From: Eledone cirrhosa
Taxonomy: Eukaryota
Direction: 5' to 3'
DNA: 64,000 nt
NCBI GenBank assembly: GCA_964016885.1
Contig: OZ024751.1
Location: forward strand, 1,178,001-1,242,000
Made by a program: the position numbers and the translations under genes. Position 1 is the stretch's first letter, and every line of letters starts with the position of its first letter. Under the pieces are notes generated by a model. It was not told the DNA's origin. It searched no databases and was given only the letters and a program-made list of their open reading frames with translations. Positions 40,062-53,364 of the stretch are shown in pieces.

Positions 40062-41730
40062 CATCATCATCATCATCATCATCATCACTGTTTTACGTCC
40101 GTTCTTCCACGCTAGCATGGGTTAGACGGGTTGTCCTGTTGTGAGCAGTGTCCAGTCGGCTGACCTTGTCTTGCTCATACAGGAACTGATTCTGGCTTGA
40201 TTTCTACAGCTGGATGCCCTTCCTAACACCAACCTCATTTACAGTGAGTGCTGGGTGCATTTTTTCTGTGGCACCTACACGTCCACTTACAGTGGGAGGG
40301 TGTGGGGGGCATATTGTCCATATGCTTCAGCTTCGGCTTGTTCCTGTGGGGGGTTGGGTCTTCTGTATTACTGCGTGATGCCAGAGGTCACGGTCATGTG
40401 TCATTGCTCTTGAGAGCTGTACTTGGGTAAGGTCGGCCTTTATCACCTCATCCGAGGTCCTCTTGGGTCTCCCCACTCCGCAGTTTCCATCGACTTCTAG
40501 TGCTCTGCACCATTTTATGCAGCTGTCATCCTTCATACGCATCACCTGTCTATACTAACATAACCTCCTCTCCTGCACACAGCATTTGATTCCTCTGATG
40601 CTCAGTCTCTCTCTCAATTCGTTTATACTTTGCCGTTCGCGTATATTACACATCCATCGGAGCATGCAAGCTTCTTTTCTTTCTAATAGCGCCCAGGTCT
40701 CACTACCATGTAACATTGCTGTTCGTATACACGCATCATGCAGTCTGCCTTTCATTTTGAGAGAAAAGCCTTTTGCAGCTAGCAGTGGCAGTAGCTCCCT
40801 GAACATTCTTACCCTAGTTATTGTACTTTCCGAACACCAACCTACTCTGCTAATTCGGTCATCTAGGTAGCAGAAGCTGTCTACTGTTTCTACAGAGCCC
40901 TCCCAGAGTTTGGTGGTGCTTGTTTCCCGTGGTCGTTTGCTGCTTGCTGTCCCAGCGCAGCTGCTGCATATGAAGCCTACATTCTTAGTTAAACTTCTTG
41001 AGATCCTGCTACATCTCTTGAATTTGGGGCAGAAAATGGAGTTCCTATCTACACCTTTCTTACATACTGAGCAAGGCCATTTCCCTGAGGGAATCTGGGT
41101 TCTGTTTTCTCGTCTACTTACAAGAATCTTAGTCTTTGTCAGGTTGACTTTGAGAGCCTTTCTTTCTAGTCCCTGATTCCATGTTTGGAATTTCTTCTCT
41201 AGTTCCACCATGGATACAGCTATAAGTGCGAGATCATCCACATACAGGAGTTCCCATGAGCATCCGGTCTTAAACTCCTCCGTTATTGCCTGCAAAACTA
41301 TAATGAACAGGAAAGGGCTAAGAGCAGAGCCCTGGTGGTCACTGACCTGTATGCTAAATTCCTCGCTATACTCATTGCTAACCCTAACTTTGCTGACTGC
41401 TCCTCTATACATGGCTTGTACAGCTTTCACAAGCCATTCATCTACTCCTAATATTCTAAGAGCCCACCAGATTATAGCATGGGGGACTTTGTCGAAGGCG
41501 TTTTCCAGATCAACGAATGCCAGATAGAGTGGCTTACTTTTAGCGAGGTACCTTTCCTGTAACTGCCTCACATGGAAGAGGGCATCAGTGGTGCCTTTTC
41601 CTGGTACAAACCCAAATTGCATCTCATCTAGTTTTACCCAGTCCCTAATCAACCGTGCCCTAACTATTTCCGTTACTTTCATGACCTGGTTCATCAGCTT
41701 TATACCTCTATAGTTTCCTCTATCTAGTGT
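40062..41730 (-). mobile_element. 5'-truncated RTE LINE (PHD-containing family)
   Basis: 379-aa ORF 40555-41694; (GAT)n tail. Confidence 0.95.
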
Positions 41731-41799
41731 ATATATAATATATATATATTTTTATACTTTGGGAGGGTCATGTTGCCAATAAAAAACACACTCAATAGA

Positions 41800-43630
41800 T
41801 TCAACTAAACCACACGACACGACACCACACCACACTACGCCAAACCACTCCACAATACACCAAACCACAATACACCACGCCACACTACACTATACATTCA
41901 ACTACACCACACGACACCGCACCACACCACGTTACACCTTACCACTCCGCGATGCATCATACCACAATACACCACAGCACAGCACATCACACCACAGCGC
42001 ACCATACCACACACCGCTACATCAGACTATACTACACCACAGTACACCACACCGTACCACACCATACCACAGTACACCATACGACACTACACCACAGCAC
42101 AGCACAGCACATCACACCACAACGCACCATACCACACACTGCTACATCAGACTATACTACACCACAGTACACCACACCGTACCACACCATACCACAGTAC
42201 ACCATACGACACTACACCACAGCACAGCACAGCACATCACACCACAACGCACCATACCACACACTACTACATCAGACTATACTACACTACAGTACACCAC
42301 ACCGTACCACACCATACCACAGTACACCACACTACAACACATTAAAACTCACCCCACCACATCACTCGATACCTCACTACACCTCATTACACTACAGAAT
42401 ACTACACCACACCACAGCACACCACACCACTCCCCACTACACCTCATCCACGCTCACAACCCTACACTACATCACACCACATCACATTACAATACACCAC
42501 ACCACACCACGCTGCACTACATTACTCCACACCACACCACACCTCATCACCACACACCACACTACACTACAACACACCACAACCACACCACATCACACCA
42601 CACCACACCTCATCACCTCACACCACACTACAACACACCACACTACACCACACCACTCCATACTACTCAATATCACACCACAGCAGACTACACCATTCCA
42701 CACCCGAATCAATAGAGTGTAGCAGCGGTACTGCATAGGGAGGAACACACCTCCCCAGACTACACCATATGACACCACACCCCACCACACCAAACTACAC
42801 CACAACACACCACATCATACCTCACTACACCACACCACAACACTTCAATACATCACACTATACCACACTACATCATACTACACTACATCACACTCCACAA
42901 CACTAAACTACGGAACACCACCCCACACTATACTCCACTACATCCAACTATACCACACCACATTACATTCAACCACACCACACGACACGACACCAGACTT
43001 CGCCTAATCACTCCACAATACACCAAACCACAGTACACCGCACTACACTACACCACACTTTCAACTACACCACACGACACCGCACCACACTACACTACAC
43101 CTTACCACTCTGCGATGCACCATACCACAGTACACCATACCACACTACACTACCTACACCACAGCACAGCACACCACACCACATCGCCCCTTGCCACGCA
43201 CTGTCACATCAGACTATACTACACCACAGTACACCACGGTACACCACACCATACCACAGTAAACCACACTACAACACATTAAAACACACCACAGCACACC
43301 ACTCAATACCTCACTACACCGCATTACACTACAATATACTACACCACAGCACACCACACCACTCCACACTACACCTCATCACCCCACACTACACCATACT
43401 ATATCACACCACATCACACCACAATACACCACACCACACCACGCTGCACTACTTTACTCCACACCACACCACACCACACCACATCACCTCACACCACACC
43501 ACACTACAATACACCACAACCACACCGCATCACACCACACCAAACTAATCAATACCACACCACAACAGACTACACCATTCTACACCCCAACAATGTCAAT
43601 AGAGTCTAGCAGCGGTACTGCACAGGGAGG
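41800..43630. repeat. Degenerate (CACCA/CACTA)n satellite with internal block duplications
   Basis: Pentamer periodicity; aatagagt.tagcagcggtactgca at both 42711 and 43598. Confidence 0.9.
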
Positions 43631-43644
43631 AGTGATTCATCAGC

Positions 43645-46140
43645 AGAACTAAGTAATAGGCTTATAGTGGTGAAAGGAATTAAGGTTCATATGAATACAA
43701 GAAGAGAATATCTCCGATTTCCTATTTAGTAAGTTATAGTTAGAGTAAATTATGGCGTGAGACTCAAGCAGGCAAAGGTTACAAGTTTTGCTCGGGGGCG
43801 GTAGGGTGGAGATTTAGTCACCAACCTCCAATTGAGTGTATAATCTATACCATCATATTTTAAAGAATGAATATATTTAGCTAGAGAGGTAGCATTTTAA
43901 AGCCTATTAATAGAGGTTGTTGTTACAACATCACACGCATAGACAATATTCTTCATGAGGCAATTGCCTTTTAAAGGGCAATTTTCACTCCTACAATTAC
44001 AATTACGGTGTGTGTTGTTATTCATACCTTGGGATGGCCTGTTGTTAAAACCCACTTGACATGGAATGTGTTCATCCGAGGTGTTGTTAACGAACTGTGG
44101 CGCCACACTAGCCAATGTGTTAGGTTGTTGTTGGTTATTCACAGATTTAATATCCTCAAATCCTACTCTAATTTTCCGATTATTAGTACGTGCCAGGTGG
44201 TAAGCCAGATTCGGTGTAGTGGAGTACGATAATTTAATCGTATTTTTATTGAATATACTATGGTATCTGCTGCTCGGCGGGAAATTCTTTTCTAGGATTA
44301 AGAAGAAGGTTTTGGGAATGTTAGTTAAGACCTCAGAGTTGTATGGTGGGTTAGAAAAGGTGTTCATTCTTCTTCTATGTTTTCTATTTTTCCCCACTAC
44401 AGTTCGGTTACCGCCAGAACTACTACTCTCCCTTTCGCTGACAAAACCAAACCCACTACATACCTGCCGTGAAACTCTCGCATTATATTGGTCAATACGC
44501 CCACCTGAAACTCCACCATGAGTACAGTTTCTATCTCGACACACTTCTATTAGTGTAACCAGTAGGAGTAATTGGAGAATGTATATTAGGGCCATTCTGT
44601 CTGGGCCGGGCTGAACTAATCACCATATGGATACTATCTAGAGTTCTATTACTATTAGCAATATAATTCAAGGACATATTGTGCGTAATAACATTATTAT
44701 GTCTAGCTTTGGTGGATTAGGAGCCAGTAGGTACGTAATATAGTTTATTCTTATAGCCAGACTTGGCTAGTGCCTCGTTATAATAATCCACATTAGAGTT
44801 GAAAATACCTTCTCCGCATGATAAACGGCTGATCCTATTAGATACTCCTTTAATAATAGCATTCAGTACTGATTTAGGGTGGTTGGATCCAGCATGTACA
44901 TAAGTTAGTTTCTCATTAGGTTTATGATAAGGTGTGAAAGTCTTATTTTCTAGGTCTAGTGTTGCATCCAAGAAATTTACTGTTTTATTATTCTTATCAA
45001 TAGTAATACTAAGGTTAAAACCTTTAAAGAATTTGCGCAGGTCCTTCTTTGTCCTTTCAATACTAAATTTTTTATGCTCAAGGGTAAGGAGGGCGTCGTC
45101 TCGGTATAAACCACCACAAAGATATGGAAGTGCCTTGTGGAGCTCATGGAGTAGGTAAAGTCCGACTAAATCAGTTGCCTGAGCAGAGTCTCCAGATCCC
45201 ATTGTGATATCAAAGTTGTTGGTTGTGTTTTTCCTAGTCCATAATTGTTCCTCAAATAAGATTAAGGTTTTACGCGCAGTTAAAACTATATCAACTTGGG
45301 ATATGGTGAGGGCCTTATTCAAAAGGATGGGAGATATAGAAGTGTAGTAAGAATCGATATCAAACTGGACAAACATAAGGGATTTATGGTTACTAATGCT
45401 GGAGAACCATTTGATTACTTCCTCCGTATTCCCCCACAAATTAAGGTAAATTTTGTTTCTGATTACTGGAATAACTCTGTCTAAAATCTTCTTACTTATG
45501 ATCCCTATGTCCGACTTAGATGGGCTGATTAGTCTAATAGAGGGGTTGCTAATGTAGTCTTCCTTGTGATCTTTTAGTGTAAACTTCGGTTGTTTAGGGG
45601 TGAAAGGTTAAGTATATTCCTCAAGTTTTATTTTTCTGACAATATCCAACGCCTCTTTATTAATTTCATCTAAGTTAGTGTAGGTTGTTTTTTTATAGTT
45701 CTTATAAAGTTCTTTATATATGAATCTTCGATATGTTATATGATCTAAGCTATAAATATTTTTAGTTTTATCTGATGAGACTAAGATTGAGTCACTTTCG
45801 CTAAAATTCTTAACTATAGAATTGAGGTTTCTATGGAATTTACTAGTATTGACATGATATTTCCTGTATTTAACATTCCTTACCATAATTAAAAAATCAT
45901 TTTCAAAGTCATCTAATAAACTGTTATGTGGTGGATTCTTATAAGTTCTAAAGCCATACCTATCTTCACGGGTCACCGGTTGGTTATCATCTCGATTTCT
46001 ATCAAAGTGGAAGGCTTTCCACCTAATTCTCCTAACAAAAGAGTTAACACTAGCAATGAGCAACCTCTCATGTATTCTTAGATGGGATGGGTATGTTCTT
46101 AAGTGACAAAGGTAGGTAGTCTTTGGTTAGCATACTGTCA
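43645..46140 (-). mobile_element. Near full-length degraded Penelope-like element
   Basis: SFVRRIRWKA, SDKTKNIY, FDIDSYY, FDITMGSGDSA, GLYRDDAL, NPPYNS..IFNKNTIKLSYS, CNC..CPLKGNC..NIVY, CNLCLLE. Confidence 0.95.
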
Positions 46141-47054
46141 AGTTAATATAAACATGCACCAGTGGATGTGTGGGTTATATTTATTAGCTCTACCAGAGGG
46201 AGCAGAATTATTTATTTACGTAAAGCACGGAGCGTATGTGCATAAACACGCACGCACCGTACTGTATTATGGCAGTAGTGTTAGCTCAATGTACAAGAAC
46301 AGAGCCGTTATATGCAAAAGAAACCAAAGAATGCTTACATACTCAAACAACCCGTGGAAATTTGGGAAATATGTAACCAATTGGTCTAGCCTGTGTTGCT
46401 AATATGCATGAGTAATAATTTTGCCGGTTATTTTACAGCAACTAATATAATAAGATTGCTTCAGCTGTATCGTACAATAACCCGATCTGCTGGTGCATAG
46501 CTTGTTTTTATGCCGTGACATATAATAACCATATAATAACCATATTTTACTTGTGTAAGGCTTCCTATATGCTTGTGAGCACCCATTGGCTACCTAGTTC
46601 GGGTACCTACCAATATACCTTGTGTATGTATATCATGGTGGTGATTCGGATTACTGTGGTCTTTCGGGATGTACCAAAAACACCTCTTAATGCTTATATA
46701 TAAGTTACCAAGATCACACTCATTCGTGTTGCTAGGGACCAGTGCTTGTACTCTTTTGGCTTCTCTATGTGCTTATAACTTATAACTTTTTTCTTCTTTC
46801 TGCATTTATTTCTTTTTTAAAGAATTTCTCTTGGGAAATAATTTTTATTTTTATTTTTTATTTTTATTTTTTAATAAAAAATAAAAAAAATAAAAATTTA
46901 TTTACTTTTTTAATTTCTTAATTTTTTTAATTTTTTAAATTAAAAAAATTTTTTTAAATTCTTTTTAATTCTTTTTAATTTTTAATTTTATTATATTATT
47001 ATATTATTTTATTATCTTATCTTTTATTATTTTATTATTTTTATCGACGGTAGA

Positions 47055-47240
47055 TTGGCAGTATCGGTAGAGAGTCGGACACCATGCTTTGAAGCATAGA
47101 GTTACGTCCCTTTACGGTCTGAGTTCAAATCCCGCCGAGGTTAACTTTTCCTTTCATCCTTACGGGGTCGATAAAATAAAGTACCAGTAATACACTGGAA
47201 TAATTGCTGGCCTTGTGCCAAAAGTAGAAACAATTATTTT
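47055..47240 (+). mobile_element. tRNA-derived SINE
   Basis: Same family as 10960-11140. Confidence 0.85.
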
Positions 47241-47620
47241 ATTATTTTTATTTTATTATTATTTTTCATTATATTTTATTAATTTGTTTAATTATTTTAC
47301 TTTATTTTATTTTATTATCTTTATTATTTTTATATTTTTTTATTACTTTATTATAATTTATATTATGTTTTAACCTTTTTCTGTAGTTTTTATGTATTTT
47401 TTATGCTTTTGTATTTTTTGCTTTTGCATTCTTTGTTTTTGTGTGCCATCTATTATATCTTCATCTTGTTGAATCCGCTTATGCCCTGGCAGTTAGCAGA
47501 GATGCTTAACAACCCCAGCATGCACCTCTTTGTTCTCCATCTCCAATCTCCCTATCGTTATTCTGATTGTTCGTGTGACTAGGTTTTTGTGGAGCTTATA
47601 CTCAACAGTGTATTTATTAG

Positions 47621-47665
47621 GCTCTGAGGATACCTGCCAAAAGGTGAGGATGAAACATTGTAAGT
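47621..47665 (+). ncRNA. Probable minimal hammerhead in a PLE pseudo-LTR ending at (TA)n
   Basis: gct-CTGAGGA-tacct gccaaa aggt gaggat-GAAAC-att-GTA-agt; stem II imperfect. Confidence 0.55.
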
Positions 47666-47707
47666 AAATAAAAACTGTTTGAGTATGTAAGCTTCCTTGG
47701 TTTCTTT

Positions 47708-47797
<90 letters not shown>

Positions 47798-47823
47798 TAT
47801 ATATATACATACAAATATATATA

Positions 47824-47871
<48 letters not shown>

Positions 47872-47889
47872 TCTCTCTCTCTCTCTCTC

Positions 47890-47952
<63 letters not shown>

Positions 47953-48055
47953 TTATTACACATACAAATATACATATATATATGTGTACACCCAAGTATA
48001 TACCAATATGTATATATATTTTTTAAAGAAATTTTCATTTTAATCTCTTGAACAG

Positions 48056-48175
48056 AAAACGTGTCATGTTGGAAAAGGAATAAATGTATTAGTGACTAAA
48101 TTTCTCTCACAATTAAACGAACAACCGGAACTTGATAAAAATGATGTAATCAAATCATTACAAGATGCCTCTGCA
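48056..48175 (+). CDS. Plexin-like exon: [40 protein letters not shown]
   Basis: ctcttgaacag/gtaagt, phase 0-0; resembles [29 protein letters not shown]. Confidence 0.75.
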
Positions 48176-48252
48176 GTAAGTATTCAAATACGCTGATTCA
48201 TTGCTTCTCTCGCCATTTTATTTTTTAATTTATTTTACTAACTTGTCTTAGG

Positions 48253-48320
48253 TACGAGAAATATGAGAAATTCATAGGCTGACGAAGATACTCTCATGGA
48301 ATGACGAAATGAGATTTATT
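48253..48320 (+). mobile_element. Possible Tc1/mariner terminal remnant
   Basis: tacgag...aaattcataggctgac.aagatactctcatggaatg resembles mariner TIR starts (recalled). Confidence 0.4.
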
Positions 48321-48324
48321 GTGG

Positions 48325-48384
<60 letters not shown>

Positions 48385-48723
48385 AAAACAAATAACGAAA
48401 CGAAATTAAATTTCGTTTCGTTTGTAACTCACTTTTGTATGACTGACGCTAGTTCAATATTCCTTGTCTGGCTTTCTGGAGAATAGAGGAGAGGTGTTTC
48501 CTCAAAAACCAGTATGACTCTAAAAACCGGTTTGTCTGTGTGTTTACATACAGAATAGCTGGCCACTCACAGTAAAGTGACCAGTGAAAAAACTTGGTAC
48601 ACCTACATATGTATACGTGTGTGTATTCATATACATACTAGTATTTCAGTATACATATATGGATGTACATCTTTAACTTAATTATATATATAATAGTTGT
48701 GAATCAAAGTTTTAGTTGTACAG

Positions 48724-48801
48724 AAAGTACTATTCGATTTGTTTGAGGCAATCACAAAACACTCAATTGATCTAAAGTTAAAAACATTAGGTCCAGAGTA
48801 A
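48724..48801 (+). CDS. Probable terminal exon: KVLFDLFEAITKHSIDLKLKTLGPE* (alternative upstream acceptor at 48696 includes a TGA)
   Basis: ttgtacag acceptor; LFDLFEAITKH resembles plexin LHEIYSYITKY. Confidence 0.6.
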   Translation, partial: KVLFDLFEAITKHSIDLKLKTLGPE

Positions 48802-49752
48802 ACGCAACAGTTATAAAGTGTGATATCAAGAAAACCGAATGAAGGCACCAGCTATACATATAACTACGATATATACAGAAAAGCTTAACAGACCTGGACC
48901 ATCTTTAATTGAATGAAATCGATATAATTGATAAAATCACAGATAGGTTTCTGAGACCCCTGGAAGTTATATAACAAGTTATATAATGCACAAGTAATAC
49001 AGGTAATACATGTGTGTACTTTCACGATTGAGCTGGAGCAGTCTTTTGCAGGTTTCATCCTTATCCAAATTCCATCATGGCGACAGATTCAACACTACTT
49101 GTAATAATAATTTTGTCTGTAGTCATGTGACCTTTTTCAAAGGAGGAGATCTATTAGTCGAAATTTTGGTGGTTATTTTCGGGTGTGAGAACAAAAGAAT
49201 CCTTGCAGCTTCAAAAATCAAAGCTCTACACTAGAATTTGTTAACGAAAGATAACTAAATATAATTAAATCGTCATCAATTTAATACATGAGTCGAGGAG
49301 ATATATATATTCAATTTTCAATCATAATTTCCACTGTGAAACCATAATATTTAGAATTAACCTTATATTCTCTTAGCGGGTGATGGTCAATTCTACTGTC
49401 CAAGCATAATTTAGGGGTAGTATCGAGGCCTATTGAAACTTATACTCTGCCACTACCACTAGCTTTCGGTCAACTGCCACTGGCAGGGGGATTAGCAGTA
49501 AACTATAACAGTGTCATATTACAGACCTGGAGGGGGGTGATTGTTTCTTTGGGGTGTGAGGGGACATGCCTAGGCAAGTTTCGTAGAGTTTTGGGGTAGT
49601 TGATGGTCAACTTCTTTCGGACTTTTGCCTGCGCAAACCGGTGGGGGTGGATTAGGACTCACAAGGAATGGGCGAAGGATTCAAGAACTCCCGCTTTATC
49701 TGTTCCCTTGTCGATTCAATTTGGATTGCCTCGGAAACATAACCTTATTATA

Positions 49753-49827
49753 GCTGTCTGATGATGTCATGGCACTGGGTACACGGAATCGTGTGGCCAC
49801 TGTCGTCATTGAAATATGTATCACAGC
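49753..49827 (+). ncRNA. Type-I hammerhead with extended stem II
   Basis: gctgt-CTGATGA-tgtcatggca...acacg gaat cgtgt...tgtcgtcatt-GAAA-tatgt-ATC-acagc. Confidence 0.8.
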
Positions 49828-49961
49828 ATTACCAATAAAGGACTTTAACATCTGAAACTACTTTCTTATTCTAAATATACTCCGTCACTCCTATGTGGAA
49901 AAAGTACATTGAGTGTTTGAATTGAATTGCATCAATGTTTACCGTAAGTATATATATATAT

Positions 49962-50490
49962 ATATAAATGAAGTAACAGGAGGCTGGACTGGTGTAAATC
50001 CTTGAAAGGTTTATTACACTATGATCATTTCAATGACCGGGTTCCATATGAATCCGGTGATATCATCAGGTATTGGAATATAACAAAGGAATATGTAAAA
50101 AGTCATGGGTCCGAAAAACCTCTTTGAGGGCGGCTGGCTGTGAAGCTAGTTGGTCAGCCGCCTTCTCTGTCTCTGGTTTCTCGGACCCACGGTTTTTCGG
50201 ACCCATGGCTTTTTACATATTCCTTTGTTATATTCCAATACCTGATGATATCACTGGATTCATATGGAACCCGGTCATTGAAATGATCATAGTATAATAA
50301 ACCTTTCAAGTATTTACACCAGTCCCGCCTCTTGTTACTTCATTTATAATTAACTCCGTATTCGCACCACCAACTACACAAACGAAGATGGGTGAACTGC
50401 ACTGCGTTGAGTACTCTTCACAATATTACACCAGGATTGACCATACGGAATGACCAGTTCTATCCAGTGGTGAACCAACAAACCTTAAGA
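49962..50490. mobile_element. ORF-less fold-back element with a hammerhead in each arm (50016-50073 minus, 50238-50295 plus)
   Basis: 49962-50120 inverted at 50191-50348; atac-CTGATGA-tatcactggattcatatggaacccggtcatt-GAAA-tgatca-TA-gtat. Confidence 0.85.
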
Positions 50491-50544
50491 AATATATATA
50501 TATATATATACATATATGTATATATATATGACGGGCTTTCACAG

Positions 50545-50705
50545 AGTCTCATGTTATATTAACCCACCCCCGGATGTGGGTTGAAGGATTGACCGGAGCT
50601 ATAGCTAGGGGTCTCATGTTATAATAACCCACCCCTGGGTGTGGGTTGAAGCACTTGGCTATAGCTAGGGGTCTCATGTTATATTAAACCACCCTCGGAT
50701 GGGAG
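50545..50705. repeat. 60-65-bp tandem repeat (~2.5 copies) with aacccac/gtgggtt hairpin
   Basis: gtctcatgttata at 50546, 50611, 50671. Confidence 0.8.
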
Positions 50706-50879
50706 ATGGAAGACTAATTGTGGCTGTAGCCACAGGCCCCACAATATTTAAAGGGATTAAAATTATCATTATCGTTTTTTTTTGCTATAATACGGACAGA
50801 TTTTCATCCAGGGATCCCGTAGGACCTTCACTTCTCCCAGTGATAAAAAGCGAACTCCTTAGCAATTTAGTTATACATC

Positions 50880-51145
50880 TACCTACTACCGAATAAATAA
50901 TGAAGAAGTTTTGAAGAGAGTGCGGATGGAACGTGAGATACTGCTCACTATTAAAAAGAGAAAACTAATGTTCCTAGGACATGCCATCAGGAAAGGTATG
51001 CTGGAAGACCTTTCCATTAGTGAAAAATTCCTGGGAAGCATGCCAGAGGTCATCAAAGGAGGTCCTTTTTTGACAATTTCAACATCAAAGCCACAGAAGT
51101 AGAGGATCTTGCCCGAGATAGAACAGCGTGGAATGCCATGGTTCG
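50880..51145 (+). mobile_element. RTE 3' fragment
   Basis: NEEVLKRVRMEREILLTIKKRKLMFLGHAIR. Confidence 0.8.
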
Positions 51146-51587
51146 TCAAACACTGATACAGTACCTACTATGTAATTTTTAATAAAATATAAGTGCTTGA
51201 GCAATTCCTACCCCAGCTGTCTCTTGCTAAAATCTAACGTATCTCTTTTATTCACAGCTCTACACTAATGGAATAACGATCTATAAAGAAATTTCTCTAT
51301 ATTCCCTTCTGAGAATATTAGAAAACAACTATGTAGTGGTAAGTTCATCCATTTTGTTTTATCGCAATGTCGTATGTTTGGGACACATTCTATATCTCTC
51401 ATACAATAGTTGTGTGTATATAGATATTATATAGACTTACAGTGTGTATATAGATCTACAGATGATCTATAGATGATATATAGATCTACAGTGCGTATAT
51501 AGATGTTTCACGAGAAAAAGTAGTGTACATCATGTAGTATGTTCTTGACAAACTATAGTAATTGAATACACACACATATACATTAAT

Positions 51588-52855
51588 AGATGCCCTCTTC
51601 TTAGAGACAATTACAAGAGAGCTTTTTAGAGAAGAATAATACACTATACTTAGCTTTTGTTGACCTAGAGAAGGCCTTTCATAGGGTACCCCGATCTGTC
51701 AATTGGTGGTCCCTAAGGCAACTGGGTGTAGAGGAATGGCTTGTGTGGACAGTATAAGCTATGTACAGGGGTGCTGTCAGTAAAGTGAGGGTAGGTATGG
51801 AGTTTAGTGAGGAATTCCAGATACAAGTCGGTGTACATCAGGGTTCGGTCCTCAGTCCGCTCTTGTTCATTATAGTCCTCCAAGCCATAACAGAGGAGTT
51901 TAAGACTGGATGCCCATGGGAACTTCTCTATGCTGATGATCTGGTTCTTATAGCAGAATCAGTAGAGGAGCTAGAGAATAAATTCTGGCTATGGAAACAG
52001 CAGTTAGAATCAAGAGGACTGAGAGTGAACCTAGCTAAGACAAAAGTGTTGATAAGTAGAAGAGAGGACAATACTCCGATTCCATCAGGGAAATGGCCAT
52101 GTTCGATATGTAGAAAAGGAACTGGCATAAATTCTATAAAATGCACACAATGCAGATCTTATGTACACATGAGATGTAGTGGGATAGCAGGCAAACTAAC
52201 ATGTAGGGAAAAATACGTATGCAGTAGATGTACAGGGAAATTTGACAGTAGATGTTGCAGTGATAGACACATTTTTCCAATGCAGGTAGGTGCTATAGAA
52301 GTGGTGGATAGCTTCCAGTACTTAGGCGATCAGATTAGCATGGGCGGGGGCTGTTCCGGGGCCATAGTATCTAGAATAAGTACGGGTTGGAAGAAGTTTA
52401 GGGAGCTGCTTCCTCTGTTGACAAAGAAGAGTTTCTCCCTGCATACGAAAGACCAGTTATATGAAGCCTAGAAATGAAGCAAGCATGCTCCATTGGATGT
52501 GTAATGTCAATGTACGTGAATAACCAAGCATGGATGAGTTGAGAGAGAAACTGTGTCTGAGAGGGATAGAATGTAGTGTGCGAGAGAGGAGACTGAGGTG
52601 GTATGGACATGTGATGCGCATGGAGGATGACCGATGGGTGAAGAAGTGCCAGGAAATACCAGTTGAAGGAAGATGCAGTAGAGGAAGACCATGAAAAACA
52701 TGGGCGGAGGTGGTGAGAGCAGACCTGAGATAGCTGATAATCACGGAGGAGACGACGAAGGACTGTGACAAGTGGAGAGATGCTGTGCTGAATAGGACCC
52801 GTCCCACCCTCGCATGCAGGGAAAATCGGAGGTAAAATGATGATGATGATGATGA
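51588..52855 (+). mobile_element. 5'-truncated RTE LINE with intact PHD-like finger
   Basis: GVHQGSVLSPLLF, LLYADD, CSIC..CTQC..HMRC..CSRC; (GAT)n tail. Confidence 0.95.
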
Positions 52856-52884
52856 TATATATATATATATGTAGAGAGAGAGAG

Positions 52885-53275
52885 AGAGTGTTGTAGCTAG
52901 TTTGAAGCATTGTTGAATAAGAGATATAAATTAAATAATTTTAAAAGCCATACAATGCATTAGAAAATTAAAGGTGCCAAGATAACGATAGAATTTTACC
53001 TTAACAAATTTAATAATCCCAAATATTTTTGGCAGATTTAATTAAAATCTAAATCTGCCATCCAAACAACAACTCATCCCCAACCATCCTTTAAGACCTT
53101 CACATGGATATTCCCTTCATAATGGGTTTTTAAACCCCAAAATATTTGGGATTATTAAATTTGTTAAGGTAAAATTCTATCGTTATCTTGGCACCTTTAA
53201 TTTTCTAATGCATTGTATAGCTTTTAAAATTATTTAATTTATATCTCTTATTCAACAATGCTTCAAACTAACTAC

Positions 53276-53290
<15 letters not shown>
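52885..53290. repeat. Fold-back element (~145-bp arms) flanked by (AG)n/(CT)n
   Basis: 52885-53030 reverse-complements 53140-53290. Confidence 0.9.
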
Positions 53291-53309
<19 letters not shown>

Positions 53310-53364
53310 AATATCTTTTAAATATATATATATCATCATCATCATCATCTTCGTTTAACAAAGA

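Noticed and set aside
41952-42722. 256-aa His/Thr-rich ORF
   Set aside because: Translation of the CACCA satellite.
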